Below are positions 15,568 to 30,148 of a stretch of 64,000 nucleotides of DNA, in pieces; within the stretch, counting starts at the first letter, position 1, and the number at the start of each line of letters is the position of its first letter. The notes under the pieces were generated by a model. The model ran no database searches, had not been told where the DNA came from, and was given only the letters and a program-made list of their open reading frames with translations. Location of the stretch: positions 330,584,001 to 330,648,000 of the forward strand of contig OZ024742.1 in NCBI GenBank assembly GCA_964016885.1, written 5' to 3'. The stretch is from Eledone cirrhosa (Eukaryota). Position numbers and translations under genes: made by a program.

Positions 15568-16649
15568 TATATTTAGTTTGATTTATATTTATATGAGAAC
15601 TAGCCGATAAATCTTTTGATTCCTAAATCTTTGATTCCCTCTTTTTACTCTTTTTATTGTCTATTTTATTTTATTTTATTTTATTTATTTTTATTTTTAT
15701 CTAAACATTCCTCATGAAAAATTAAGCTACCCTAAAAGCCGATGCTCCAAATTTTTTGAATAACCTTACACTAGATAAACTTCTATATTAAATATAGGAA
15801 CATATGTAGACCAAATTGGACATCATAATTTTTTTGCGATATTCTTTGCTAGATGTGATTTGATAGATAATTTTTGGCTTTGTCTTGTAATGAACTTGGC
15901 AATATATTGTCAATTAACTTTGAAGGGTTGTTCTTTGTGGTTTATTTTTATTTTCATTTTTATTTTTATTTTTATTTTTATTTTTATTCTTTTAGTATTG
16001 TAGTATTCTATAATATTTTTATTTTTTATTTTATTTTTAATATTTTTATACGTAAATGTTTAATACGTAATATTTTTTAATACGTAGGATTTTTAATATG
16101 CAATATTTTTATTATGTAATATTCTTTCGTAATATTTTTTTAGTTTTCTATTCTATATTTTTATATATTTTTACTTATTATTATTATTATTATTGTTATC
16201 TTTGTTTATAATATAATATATTATATAATATATATTTTCGATTAGTATATTGAAATCTGCTCTCTATTTCTGCTTGATAGATAATCTTGTAGAGTAATCG
16301 CAAGAATAATAATACGCTCAAATTTTGATACCACATTGAGAATGTTTTCCGGTAACTTAGAATTTGCGGAGTGAATCAGTTGGATTCACATTGATGTTTG
16401 TAGCTGTCACATAAACATGTGAATTTTTTAAAAACTAAACATAAGATAATGAATTTTCACACATTGTGAATACTTGTTTCATTCAGGAATACTGATATTT
16501 ACAATGTAGTGTAAGTTTTATAAATACTAATACATTAAAACATAGGGTTTTCTACGCCTCGAATATGTCTGGCTATTTTTAAAATTTTTTTTCTCTCTCT
16601 ATATCTCTCTATATCTCTCTATATATCTCCCTTACATTAATACTTGAGC

Positions 16650-16684
<35 letters not shown>

Positions 16685-17054
16685 ATGTATCATTGATACA
16701 CTTACTCAAAATGACCTCCCACTACCTAATTTTCTATATATATATGTATCTATCTCTATTTCCTCTCTCTCTATATATATATATCTCTTTCTGTCTCTTT
16801 ACATGAAGCTCTTCGCTTTATCTATTTTTCCATCTCTCTATTTTGTCCCATGCATTTCTTCTTTTTCTTTTTCTTTTTCTTTTTCTTCTTTTTCTTCCTT
16901 TTCTTCGTTTTGTCTTTCTTTCTGTCTTTTTTCCCTCTTTTCTTTCTCTCTTTCTTTCTCTCTGTATTTTCATTGCTAGCGTAAACCTCTTCAAATGAAG
17001 TCGATGTTTATTACGGTATGTCGAATATATTTATCTATAAAACTGTTTATATTG

Positions 17055-17120
17055 TATTTTGTCTGATGAAGGCATAGCATATTGTTAATATGATATCCCC
17101 GAAATATATATAATGAAATA
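17055..17120 (+). ncRNA. Type-I hammerhead ribozyme, family A (minimal palindromic stem III)
   Basis: Stem I TATTTTGT/ATGAAATA (8 bp including 2 G-U); CTGATGA; stem II ..GG-ATA-CATATT/AATATG-TAT-CC; GAAA TATATA TA, giving an AUA triplet. Confidence 0.8.
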
Positions 17121-17287
17121 AATATGGTTTTATAAATATAGTTTTCCATTTATTTAATATTGTAAATATACTCCAAATATTTGTCGAGTGCTTTTATATC
17201 AGTTATAAATATTTACTAGTTGTAACCCAACAATTTTAAATATAACTTTACATGTATATACATATATATATATATGTATATATATAT

Positions 17288-18008
17288 GTTGAGAGTCTTT
17301 TGAAGTCATTAGAGCAAGCGTCCACCTGTGTTGGACTGTACCTCAACGAATCCAAGGCTGAGTATGTGAACAGATGCCCAAACAGCCCAAACTACCCCAT
17401 CAGAACCCTTATAGGTACCACCCTTAAGCAGGTGGAAGATTACAAGTATCTTGGCTCATATATCTTCTCCTCCAAAAACGACTTTCTATGCAGGAAGGGT
17501 ATGGCATGGTCAGCGTGCAATGACATGCACGCTATATGGACGTCTCAACTTACCAACAAGCTAAATCTGGAAATATTCCAAGCAACCATTAAGCCCATAT
17601 TACTTTATGGATCCGAAACTTGGACACTAACATCACAACTTGAGAGGAGATTGTATAGCACATATACCCGCCTCTTAATGAGAGTGCAAAACCTATCCTG
17701 GAAACGACACCCCACCTTGTCTAAAATCTATGGCAAACTCACTCGAGCCTCTGCCTTTCTAAAATCCCGGACAGCTCAATTTGCTGGCCACTGTCACCGT
17801 GCCAGCAATGAAATCATATCCGCTCTCTTGCTCTGAAACCCTGACTCCAGCCTGACTAAGAGTAGGAAGCTGGCATTCCCTGACGTTATCTCTAGGGATA
17901 CGGGAATCAGTAGACAGGACCTGGGGGCAGCGATGGGGGACAGGGAATACTGGGGCATGAGAGTGAGATCCGTCATGTCGACAGTAGTCGACGAATGATG
18001 ATGATGAT
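17288..18008 (+). mobile_element. RTE-type LINE 3' fragment (RT C-terminus) with (GAT)n tail
   Basis: VGLYLNESK, YKYLGSYI, ILLYGSETWTL, FAGHCHR. Ends in gatgatgatgat and is inserted in (TA)n. Confidence 0.85.
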
Positions 18009-18012
18009 ATAT

Positions 18013-18056
<44 letters not shown>

Positions 18057-18096
18057 CTATGTATGTATATATATGTATTTATATATATATATGTGT

Positions 18097-18498
18097 GTGA
18101 GCAAAGGCACTGCACAAAGCCAGTCCCACTCTCTTAACCAAGATGATATTTACCAAAAAGAAGAACAATTCAACATCATTGTATACCATCAGGGTTGCAG
18201 TGTTATATCAGAGTTTTCCTTCTCCTAGAATTCTGCCTTGACAAAGGCTAATGGGTTATCTATTAAAGCTTCACGGCACAGACATTCTTTTATATCTGGA
18301 GATCTCTCTGCACTTGTCATCACATGGAACCATGGGCCCAGCACTATATGTCAATAATTGACACAAGTGCAGTGTTCGTACCAGAGTTTTCAAGTCGCTG
18401 GCTGGACCAAAAAATCAAACTAGTACAGCGCATCGGCAGTGATTCTCCTACATGGATATAAAGTAGTGGCCGTACTCGAAAACGAGTTGGCAGCCACC
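18097..18498 (+). mobile_element. Unclassified ~410-bp retroposon, copy 1 (5' part inverted relative to the copy at 27059)
   Basis: 18097-18260 is the reverse complement of 27070-27234, and 18263-18498 is direct to 27238-27469. Flanked by TA repeats. Confidence 0.75.
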
Positions 18499-18511
18499 AT
18501 ATATATATGTA

Positions 18512-18607
<96 letters not shown>

Positions 18608-18755
18608 TATATATATTTATGTATATGCACAGTTTTATTTAAATTGTTGGGTTACAACGAGTAAATATGTATAACTGATATAAAAGCACTCAACAAGTAT
18701 TTGGAGTATATTTACGATATTAAATAAATGGAAACTATATTTATAAAACCATAAT

Positions 18756-18821
18756 TATTTCATTATACATATTTCAGGGATATCATATTAAAAATATGGT
18801 ATGCCTTCATCAGACAAAATA
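18756..18821 (-). ncRNA. Type-I hammerhead ribozyme, family A (solo terminal-repeat copy ~18635-18880)
   Basis: The minus strand reads tattttgt-CTGATGA-agg..cct-GAAA-tatgta-TA-atgaaata. Confidence 0.72.
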
Positions 18822-19160
18822 CAATATAAACAGTCTTATAAATAGATAGATTTGACATACCTTACAACTTCAACTTCCATTTAAAAAGTTGATTATATTT
18901 ATATATATATACATATATATATAGTTTTGAGAGATTTTTTATATGAAATTGTGTGTCGAAACAAATATTGTTATACTTCGGGAAGGTCATATTTCTGTAA
19001 TAGTATTGCCAGAATTAATAACAGAACACACTCACTGTTTGGTTAGCTTTCGCTTCTGTGTCTTTTATATCGGTTAATTTAATTTATTCGGTCCTCAATG
19101 TTACCATTGAATGACCAACGGTCAAAAATACAGATAAAATATAGACAGAAACACATATAT

Positions 19161-19214
19161 ATAGTCTAACAAAGTTCTTTCGTTGCACAACTTCAACATC
19201 GTCAGTGGAGCTAT
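19161..19214 (-). ncRNA. Degenerate hammerhead ribozyme, family C
   Basis: The minus strand reads atagctcca-CTGACGA-T-gttg..caac-GAAA-gaac-TT-tgttagactat. Stem I is imperfect. Confidence 0.55.
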
Positions 19215-21521
19215 TATGTTTCCTCCTCTTGTATCGTATGCCTACGCCATCTTTATTTAGTCTATTTATTTATTTTGTCTTCTCTGCGCATGCGTTTGCG
19301 TGTGTGTATAGTGTTTTGTTTGATGGGTGTTCGTGTTTGGGTGACTGTGTATTGGTCATTGTATTCTATCTTAGTTTACTAGTGTTTGTTTATATGTGTT
19401 TGTTGTTATTGTGCTTGTGTATTTATTTATTTATTTATTTATACTTCTCTTAGTTCAGTATTGTTTGTTTGCGTGTTGTTGTTATTCCATTCATTTTTTC
19501 TGTTCAGCCTTGGCCTTCTAAGTTCTATTTCGCTAGCCTCTCTGATTTGCCTATCTGCTGGGTCATTTTTATGTTTATATATTATTCTACTTTCTATGTT
19601 GTGTATGTTGCCGTCGTGTTGTTGTCTAGCATGTTCGTATAGTACTGAACCGTTTTTTCTCCTTTTAGTCCCCCCCCCCCCAGTGTTGGTCTATCCTTTC
19701 ACCTATGCTACGAGCTATCTCGCCTATGTATGTTGTTGTCATGTTTCTCAAGTACACTCTGTACATCTTATGCTATAGAATACGTTTCTAGTTTTACAGT
19801 TTATCTGGGGGTTCACCTTACATATGATACATTTCCTATTACTACAGTTTGTTTTCTTAAATTGGTAGGTTTTGCTGATCAGGGATTTTACGGTGGTTCC
19901 TGGCTTTTCTACCACCTAAATCTTTAAGTGGGTCTTTATGAGGGCCTTTCTACAGTGGTTAGCTAATTTGCCCCCAGGAGTAGCGTCCACAAACATGACA
20001 CTCTGGTAACTTTGGTTGTCGTACCATGATGTGACTTTCCCTATTTTATGTCTAGTCCTATCTATGCTATTCAATGAAATCATGGAATAGCATAAAAAGG
20101 GCAAATGTATAATGGGCAAATTCCTTTCATGTCCAGTTCTATGAGGGTATCATACTTCTCCGTCGCTCCCCCATATACTCTGATTATGTCTCTTTGGTTG
20201 TAGCCAGAGAACTGCATGCGGTTGATGAAGTGTTGGATGTGTCTTTCCATTTCTGTTGGGTCGCACATGCGGGACACTTTCTTTATCACTCGTACCAAGT
20301 CTGCGATCAGAATATTAAACTTAGCACTACTGGACATTGCTGAGTTGTTGAGTATCAGGTATTTGGAGGCCATGGGTTTAGCATAGTGTGAGTGGAGAAT
20401 TTGGGCTCTCTCGTCTATAGTGTTAATCCAGAGTTCCGTGTCTGGTACATGTAGTCTATTGTTAGGGTGTTTGGAAGGGTAGTCGATAGTTACAGTTATA
20501 CTCTGGTGTATGGAATTAGCTATCTGCTGGATTCTTTCCTTTGTGCTACGTTCTAAATCAAACTTGTTAGTACTCTCTCGTGGGGATGTCTTTATTACTA
20601 TATTGATGTCGTCTACGTAACGAAAGTACATGATGAGGTATATGGAGCTCTCATCAAGAAGGACTTTGAGTCTCCTTTCCCACCATACCATAAAAAAGGT
20701 TGGCAACGTCACCAGCTATGCTGACGCCTATGGCTGCTCCCTCATTTTGGGTGAAGATCTTTTCGTTGAATTTGAATATGTGGCCCTTTTGGGTAGTTAT
20801 GATACTTGCCCCTATTGCATGTGCGACCCTTTTTCTCTACCTGATCATTGTTTTGGGCGTCCGTATAGCTTTGGAAGCACCCAATCAACCTTCCCATGGG
20901 AGTCTTTTCTGCCATTGAGGTTATGGTGGCGGGTCAACCTCTTATGGGTCTACTGGGGCAGAAACGTCATGGCGGTCTAGGTAGTCAGTGTCGTAGGTAA
21001 GTCTAAGTAGGCGGCCCAGTTCGACGTCGCAGAACTCAACCTCACTCTCAATGATCATCTCCACACATATTTCCACAGCAAAATCAATGTTAATAGATGG
21101 GTACAATGATACCACATCCATATTACCTATTATGTAGTTGGATATGTTTTTGTTTTTGTTGCACTCACTGATTCTGCTGGGGAGGTCCACTTTACTGTCA
21201 CATACATCTGGGGACATCTAGATTATGGGGCGTATAACCATTGACGGGAAGCAGGAGATCCTGTAGTTGCTAGCTATATTTGCTCCGCATACAGGTCTTG
21301 TTGGTGTTCCTGTTGTCGGGTCTTCGACTGTCTTATGGTCTTTCCGGAGCCCATAAAAGTTGGTATGCCATTGTTAGACGCCTGGAAGTTGTTGACAGTG
21401 CTTCTGCTTGGCTTTAGGATGTCGGTCCACATCATCATGTGAGCGTTGAGGATGTTCTCTCTCCCATCATGTATTTGCTGTGCAATTTCGCTCGTGTTCT
21501 TGATGTGGGGTTACACAGCCT

Positions 21522-21573
<52 letters not shown>

Positions 21574-21636
21574 GTATATATGATAAACTGATTAAATAAA
21601 GATGACGTAGACATACAATACAATTGGAGGAACATA

Positions 21637-21690
21637 CTAGCACCACTGACGATGTTGCAGATGTGCAACGCAAGAAATTTACTAGACAAT
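21637..21690 (+). ncRNA. Degenerate hammerhead ribozyme, family C (GAAA mutated to GCAA)
   Basis: CTGACGA-T-GTTGCA gatg TGCAAC-GCAA. Confidence 0.45.
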
Positions 21691-21905
21691 ATATATAAAT
21701 ATATAAGTGTTTGTGTCTATATTATATTTGTATGTTTGACCGTTGGTCAGTAAATGGTAAACATTGAGGACCGAATAAATTAACTGATATAAAAGATATA
21801 GAAGCGAAAAAACCAACCTAACAGAGAGTGTGTTCTGTTATTAATTCTGGCAATATTATTACAACAATATGACCATCTCCAAGTATTACAATATACACAC
21901 ACACT

Positions 21906-21986
<81 letters not shown>

Positions 21987-22606
21987 GAGTGTGTGTGTGT
22001 GTATATTGTAGTCTATAGCATAAGATGTACAGAGGGTACTTGCAGAAACATGACAACAACATACTTAGGCAAGACAGCTCGTAGCATAGGTGATAGGCTA
22101 GACCAACGCTGGGGGGAACTAAAAGGACGAAAAAACGGTTCAGTACTATACGAACATGCCAGACAACAACACGACGGTAACATAGACAACATAGAAATTA
22201 GAATAATATATAAACATAGAAATGAACCAGCAGATAGGCAAATCAGAGAGGCCAGTGAAATAGAACTTAGGAGGCCAAGGCTAAACAGAAAGAATGAATG
22301 GAATAACATCAACACACAAACAAACAACACTGACCTAAGACAAGTATAAATAAATAAATAGATAAATAAATAAATAAATACATACACAAGCACAATAACA
22401 ACAAACACATATAAACACACACTAGTAAAGATAGAATCCATTAACCAATACACAGTCACCCAATCACGAACACACATCAAACAAAACACTATACACACAC
22501 GCAAACGCATGCGCAAAGAAGACAAAATAAAATAAACAAATAAAATAAGTATATAAACAGACTAAATAAAGATGGCGTAGAAAATACAATGCAACGGGAG
22601 GAAACA

Positions 22607-22660
22607 ATAGCATCACTGACTATGTTGCAGATGTGCAACGAAAGAAATTTGATAAACTAT
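22607..22660 (+). ncRNA. Degenerate hammerhead ribozyme, family C (G8 mutated to U)
   Basis: atagcatca-CTGACTA-T-GTTGCA..TGCAAC-GAAA-gaaa-TT-tgataaactat. Confidence 0.45.
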
Positions 22661-22849
22661 GTATATGTGTTTGTGTCTATATTGTATCTGTGTTTTTGAC
22701 CGTTGGTCAGTCAATGGCAACATTGAGGACCGAATGAATTAGATTACCGATATAAAAGACTCAGAAGCGAAAAGCGAAAACCAACCAAACAGTGAGTGTG
22801 TTCTGTTATTAATTCTGGCAATATTACACAAATACGACCCTCCCCATAA

Positions 22850-22915
<66 letters not shown>

Positions 22916-22922
22916 ATACCTG

Positions 22923-22997
<75 letters not shown>

Positions 22998-23645
22998 TTC
23001 AATATGTTTGAGACCGTTTAGCAATTTCATTTTTTTTTTCTTCTTCTTTAGAAATTATAGGAATCCTAAACGCACAAACTCACTGTAAGAATAAAAGATT
23101 CTATAAATAATAGCTCTTGAAATGGCTTACTTTTGCAATTATTTTCTGCATTTCAGCGTCCTATTCCAAAACAGTACAAGTAATCTCAACACTTGATCTA
23201 TCGGGAAAAGAATGTTAGAATGTTGGACGTTTGTCCTTCATTTTAAAACAGAATAAGAGAGAGAGAGTACAAAATCTAAAGAATATTATAAAAAAAGAAA
23301 ACGGAAAAGATTTTTTTTCAATTTTCATACCGGTGTCTATTTAATTAGCCAGTTTGCAATTTCAGCAAAAATATGTCCCTCGTGGAAGTTTATTGTTAGC
23401 TATCTGTGCGTTTATTCAGTAACCTGCCTATTTATTTTCCTTTCTGATCGGGAGTAATATCATCTGTATATAGATAGGCTGACCATATTTCGTCATTATG
23501 ATGAATGCAGTGTCATTCAAACGGCATTCTTTTAAAATCCGTCTAGCACCTGATGGTAGCCATCAGTTTTAACATCGCTCCTCAATCAATTCTGAACCCG
23601 CGGGTACAGTCAGTAGAGCTGGACATATTTGGACTTTGAAACATA

Positions 23646-23857
<212 letters not shown>

Positions 23858-23860
23858 CAT

Positions 23861-23914
<54 letters not shown>

Positions 23915-24046
23915 GTGAGGTTTTTTTTACAAAATGAAAAATATCCGAGGTGTCCTACACGAGTGAAAGTATAAAGAAAAAGAAATGAAATTGAAAATGC
24001 AACTGGAGTCATATTTTTTAAAAAAATGTTATATATTTATTTGGTT

Positions 24047-24084
24047 CCTTTACCGGTTTCGCAGTTCTTCTTCTTTTCAAAAGG
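24047..24084 (-). ncRNA. Minimal hammerhead ribozyme, family D (U3-A8 core)
   Basis: The minus strand reads CCTT-TTGAAAA-GAAG aagaa CTGC-GAAA-CCGG-TA-AAGG. Confidence 0.7.
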
Positions 24085-24598
24085 TGAGTTGAGATGGAGT
24101 GTCTGTGGTTTTTCTCACATCTGGTTGGTCTCTGAATGTTACTTGTTTTATATGGAAAAAGTGGCTTGAAAATGCCAGGTTTTTCGAGAAGTAATTTGAT
24201 TGGTTTGTCAAAATTATAATAAATTTCGCGCCAGTTCGCGTTACAATAGTTCTTCAAATAAGAGGGGGAGATTGTCATAGCTTGTTTTTTCATATATGAG
24301 TGTTTGAATTTCTTTTTACTTGAAAAAAGGAGGCTCACGAAGGCTTTTTTGGGGGTTGGTTATAAATGAAATTATGGCTGTTACGTGAACAAATTTTCAT
24401 TAAATTGTTGTGCCCTTATTTGGAAATCCATTCTGTAGCCTTTTTAGATAATTTGTTGATAAGTGAAAGATAATGGTCAAGAGAAAGGGATGGGAGAATT
24501 GTTCTGGTTCAGTGAATATGGTTAGTTCGCTGGGGTGTCAGAATTCAGATTTTCTATTGAATAAAGAAAGTAAAGATATGTGTGTTTATTTGTGTGCT

Positions 24599-24649
<51 letters not shown>

Positions 24650-25427
24650 ACAAGCTTACAACACTATTCACAATAACATCCCACTACTAAAACAAAACCC
24701 AAGAATGAAAAAAGCCCTTGAAACACACAAAATAATCAAAAGCAAAATACAACCCAAATCACTGAAAACATTACTCACTAATGCCAAATTACCTACCACA
24801 GACCCACAACCAAGTATCAAAAAATGTGGTCGCTCTAATTGTGGAACCTGCACTCACCTTATTGAAGGCAACACGTGTACATTTAAATCAGGACAAAATT
24901 TTACTGTAAAAAATCACTTCACTTACTCATCAAAAATCTAATTTATGCCATTAAATGTAAAGGATGCAATGAAGATTATATAGGACAAACTAAACTCACA
25001 CTCAGAAACAGAATGACAGTTCATCGCCAACAATTACGAGATCCAACCACGAGACAGATACCACTAAGTGCATATCTAGACATTTGCGCAAGTAATAAGA
25101 CACCCAAATTCCAAGTCTTCCCATTTTACCTTTGCGCTAACAATACAACAGAACAAATGCGAATAAATAAGGAAAATATGTTTATTCAAAAATATAGACC
25201 AACATTAAATATGGTTTAATATACATTATGTCAACACCATAATATGACATACACACACACACATAACACCTTCTATTTTAGAAAATAAAAACCCGAACTA
25301 AATAAACCTTAACATACGTTTGCACTGACAATACAACAGCAAACATGAATAAGTAAGGAAAATATGTTCATTCAAAAATATTCCTACTAAAGGAATCACT
25401 TTCCTACACACACACATACACACACAC

Positions 25428-25466
<39 letters not shown>

Positions 25467-26214
25467 TCTTCATCTTAACATGCTAACCATATAACACCCA
25501 TACACACACATAACAACCCCCACACCCACATCTCCCTCCCCATTTCTACTAATAGAACCACTTTCCTACACACATATATATACACACACACAAAATATAT
25601 ATTCTCTCCATCTTAACGTACTCGCACACACACACATAACACCCATATACACACACACACAACTCCCTCCCCCATTTCTACTAATAGAATAATCTTCCAA
25701 TACACACATACACACATACACACACACATACACACACACAAGCACACAAATAAACATACATAACTTCACTTTAATAGAAAATCTGAACTGTGACACCCCA
25801 GCGAACTAACCATATTCACTGAACCAGAACAATTCTCCCAATCCCATTTCTCTTGACCACTACCTTTCCATTGTCATAACATTCGCTATAAAGACTACAG
25901 AATAGTTTTCCAAATAAGGTCGCAAAAATGTAATGAAAACTTGTTCACGTGACAGTCAAATTTCATTTATAACCAATCAAATCACGTTTATTAAAAAAAG
26001 CCTTCGTGAGCCACCTTTTTTTTAAGTAAAGAAATTCAAACACACACACACACACACACGCACACACACACACACACAAGCACACAGATACACACACATA
26101 TCTTTACTTTCTTTATTCAATAGAAAATCTGAATTCTGACACCCCAGCGAACTAACCATATTCACTGAACCAGAACAATTCTCCCATCCCTTTATCTTGA
26201 CCATTATCTTTCAC

Positions 26215-26397
26215 GGTGAATTGGCAATATCGGTAGAGGGTTGGATGCCATGCTTTGATGCATAGAGTTACAGCCCTTGCCATTCTGAGTTCAAATCCCG
26301 CCGAGGTTAACTTTGCCTTTCATCCTTACGGGGTCGATAAAATAAAGTACCAGTAATGCGCTGGTTAATTGCTGGCCTTGTGCCAAAAGTAGAAACA
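26215..26397 (+). mobile_element. tRNA-derived SINE with 12-bp target-site duplication
   Basis: A-box-like tggcaatatcgg and B-box gagttcaaatccc. TSD attatctttcac at 26203-26214 and 26398-26409. The empty site is present in the other inverted arm (about 24462-24473). Confidence 0.88.
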
Positions 26398-26797
26398 ATT
26401 ATCTTTCACTTATCAAAAAATTCTCTAAAAAGGCTACGGAATGGATTTCCAAATAAGGGCACAAAAATTTAATGAAAATTTGTTCACGTGACAGCCATAA
26501 TTTCATTTATAACCAACCCCCAAAAAAGCCTTCGTGAGCCTCCATTTTTCAAGTAAAAAGAAATTCAAACACTCATATATGAAAAAATAACATGTGACAA
26601 CCCCCCCCCCCCCCCCCTCTTATTTGAAGAACTATTGTAACGCTAACTGGCGCGAAATTTATTATAATTATTGACAAACCAATCAAATTACTTCTCGAAA
26701 AACCTGGCATTTTCAAGCCACTTTTTCCATATAAAACATGTAACATTCAGAGACCAACCAGATGTGAGAAAAACCACAGACCCTCCATCTCAACTCA

Positions 26798-26838
26798 CCT
26801 TTTGAAAAGCAGAAGAACTGCGAAACCACCGGTAAAGG
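26798..26838 (+). ncRNA. Hammerhead ribozyme, family D (U3-A8 core; stem III closed by a 3-nt loop)
   Basis: CCTT-TTGAAAA-GCAG aagaa CTGC-GAAA-CC acc GG-TA-AAGG. Confidence 0.78.
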
Positions 26839-26907
26839 AACCAAATAAATATATATATTTTTAAAAAAAATAAGACTCCAGTTGCATTTTCGATTTCATC
26901 TCTTTTT

Positions 26908-27593
<686 letters not shown>

Positions 27594-27605
27594 GCATATA
27601 AATAC

Positions 27606-27645
<40 letters not shown>

Positions 27646-27677
27646 GCATATATATAAACACACACACACATATATAA

Positions 27678-27720
<43 letters not shown>

Positions 27721-27723
27721 TAT

Positions 27724-28104
27724 ATATAGTGTATTTTGCAATACATTGTATGGTTAATTAAACGGTTATTGAAGACCTTACACTATTGTTTTAAAGTAAT
27801 GAATATGTTGCCAGTGCGCCACCAACTCTAATTTTCAATTTTTTCTGGACCGGCAACCGCTCTGTATAATTAGTTTCTGATTATTACTGGAATTCTATAA
27901 GAATTCAACATTCATAATGTTCATCAAACAAGTGAGTGCTAAGCTCCGAGGAATACCAACACTATGAAACAGAAACCTCTCAGCTTAACTCCCTTTGTAT
28001 GTTGAAAAAAGAAGTAAGTGACGTAGTCACTACTTTAAAACAATAGCGCAAGGTCCTCAAAATGCTTTTAACTAATCATGCAGTGCATTGCAATATACAC
28101 TATA
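27724..28104. mobile_element. MITE-like / fold-back element with ~85-bp imperfect terminal inverted repeats
   Basis: The left end tatagtgtattttgcaatacattg...ctattgttttaaagta pairs with the right end tactttaaaacaatag...cattgcaatatacactata. TA flanks. Confidence 0.55.
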
Positions 28105-28727
28105 TATATATACATCCATATATATATATATCGCTCTTTCAGAGCACCAATTCTAATTTTCATATATATATATATATATAAATGTATATATATATATGTA
28201 TATGCTAATTGGGAGAGGAAATAGTATATATTTTATCTTGTGATTCTATAGACATGTTTTATGATATATATATATATATATATAGCAGTGCTTACTACTA
28301 GCATTCATACCCGGGCGAACAAGAACGAAAAACATTCTGACGAAGTAGATTCCTTGTTCTATCTTCCAAAACCATTAACATACAGATCCCTGCAAGTGGA
28401 TTTTGTCGATTTCGGATCTACAGATACCTTGCGGAGATATTATATATGATATGTGATGTATATTATATAGTATATATCATGTGTTGTGTATGATGTCGAC
28501 ACGATGGTACAGGTTAGTCAAAAATATTATCCTGACTTCAGTTTGTCTCGTCGCTATGGTCACTGCGGCCCGCCGTCTATCGCTCACTGTCTTCAATTTG
28601 CAAAGGTGTCTAAAGGTAATGTTATAACTCTAGGGTAATATACCATATTGAGTTCTTAGCTGCACAATCGAGATTGCATTCGTTAGAATGGCTGCAACGA
28701 GAGTTTCGATGACGCCGTACTTAGTAT

Positions 28728-28782
<55 letters not shown>

Positions 28783-28798
28783 TAAAATAACAGATTAC

Positions 28799-28849
28799 AG
28801 TTTAAGCAAGGAATCGCTGCTTTCACCCTTAACGGGATCTTCTGAAACT
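28799..28849 (-). ncRNA. Hammerhead-like motif, family E (CAGAAGA core)
   Basis: The minus strand reads AGTTT-CAGAAGA-T CCC gttaa GGG T-GAAA-GCA gcgattcct TGC-TT-AAACT. Confidence 0.65.
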
Positions 28850-30097
28850 AAAAAAATCAATCTGTGAACACAGAAGCAAATATTTCGAAAAACGTTGCAA
28901 CCGAAGGAAAACAGGGAGACGATACTTTGGTTCGTGGAGACGTTCCCTAGCAATGAACGGAAAAAGGCCAAGATAATACGTCGTTATTTGGAGCGGTTAA
29001 AACAATTACACGCAAAGACAAAACGACGTTCATGGTATAAATGAAGTCGTAGACTAAAATTCTATTCAGCTGGTTCGTAGAGACGGTCCCTGGCAATGAA
29101 CAAAAAAAAAGCGAAGATAATACGTCATTATGTTGGACGGTGAGAACAATTACACGCAAAGACAAAACCACGTTTATATATGCTTGTATATGTTATAGGT
29201 ATATATATTATGTTATATATACTGGTACATGTGCATATGGTTATGGGTATACGTGAGTTTTGCTTCTTCGTGAGTATGCGGGCGCGTACGTATGTAGGGT
29301 GTGTGTATATGTGTACATTTTGTTTTGATTCACATACGTTTAGCGAACATATGTATATATACATGTAGGTATGTGTGCGCGCGCGTTATATACGTATTTG
29401 TGTGTGTATATTTATATACGTTTATATAATTATATATATACACGCACACAAACATAGACATTTATATATTTTGTTTTATATATATATTTTATGTGTATTT
29501 GATGTATACGTTCGTATGTGTGCGGGTACAGGCTTTGTGTGGGTTCTCTATGTGCGTGCGTGTTTTTTTTGTGAACGTGCTTGTATTTGCATATCCATGA
29601 CGGGTTTTTCTGCGTATGTATGTGTATGTACGTATACGGATGCGTGTATGTATATATTTAATTATTGTTGATTTCAATAAACTCTGTAATTTATTTACAT
29701 TATTCTTAACTCTGAAGCCGAGAATCATTCGGTTTCCTAAATAGAATTTCAGTCTACGACTTCAGTTATAACATAAACGTGGTTTTGTCATAGCGTCTAA
29801 TTGTTCCCCGCCCCACATAATGGGGTGTTATTTTCGCTTTTTTTTCGTTCATTGCCAGGGAACGTGCCCACGAACCACCTAAATAGTATTTTAGTCTACG
29901 ACTTCATTTATACCATGAAAGTGGTTTTGTCTTTGAGTGTAATTGTTTTCATCGCTACAAATAACGACGTATTATCTTCGCTTTTTTCGTTCATTGCTAG
30001 GGAACGTCTCCACGAACCAAAATATTGTCCTCCTGTTTTCCTTCCGTTGTAACGTTTTTCGAAATATTTTCTTCTGCGTTCACAGATTGACTTTGTT

Positions 30098-30148
30098 AGT
30101 TTCAGAAGATCCCGTTAAGGGTGAAAGCACCGATTCTTTGCTTAAACT
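30098..30148 (+). ncRNA. Hammerhead-like motif, family E
   Basis: AGTTT-CAGAAGA-TCCCgttaaGGGT-GAAA-GCA..TGC-TT-AAACT. Confidence 0.65.

Larger units (their letters stand above)
13552..17250 (+). mobile_element. Penelope-like element (tentatively Nematis-like), 5'-truncated, with an inverted copy of its 3' terminal repeat at the 5' end
   Basis: 13552-13872 is the reverse complement of about 16843-17164. It contains an RT+GIY-YIG ORF, has an HHR in each repeat, and is flanked by (TA)n. Confidence 0.9.
18925..22855. mobile_element. Rearranged Penelope-like element: decayed RT+GIY-YIG on minus (about 21435 to 19450) plus plus-strand terminal repeat / GIY-YIG / terminal repeat (21585-22855)
   Basis: GNMDVVSLYPSI, YFRYVDDI, HYAKPMAS, FVDATPGGKL; linker CSNRKCIIC..CKTRNVFY; plus-strand ORF 21975..22349 (VVYSIRC..YLGKTARS..RQIREA..LN). 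Three copies of the terminal repeat are present. Confidence 0.85.

Noticed and set aside
17101-17250. Idea that HHR cleavage leaves a 3' UAUAUAUA end that primes on (TA)n targets (families A and I)
   Set aside because: The inserted copies extend about 50-140 nt beyond the predicted cleavage site, so the integrated 3' end is not the cleavage end.
28542-28615. GC-richer exon-like segment between cag and gtaatg
   Set aside because: No homology is recognisable, and it cannot be supported without RNA data.
29745-30025. Tandem ~142-bp repeats (and the 208-bp units at 44379) as CRISPR-like arrays
   Set aside because: Whole units repeat with no unique spacers, the context is eukaryotic, and there are no cas genes.
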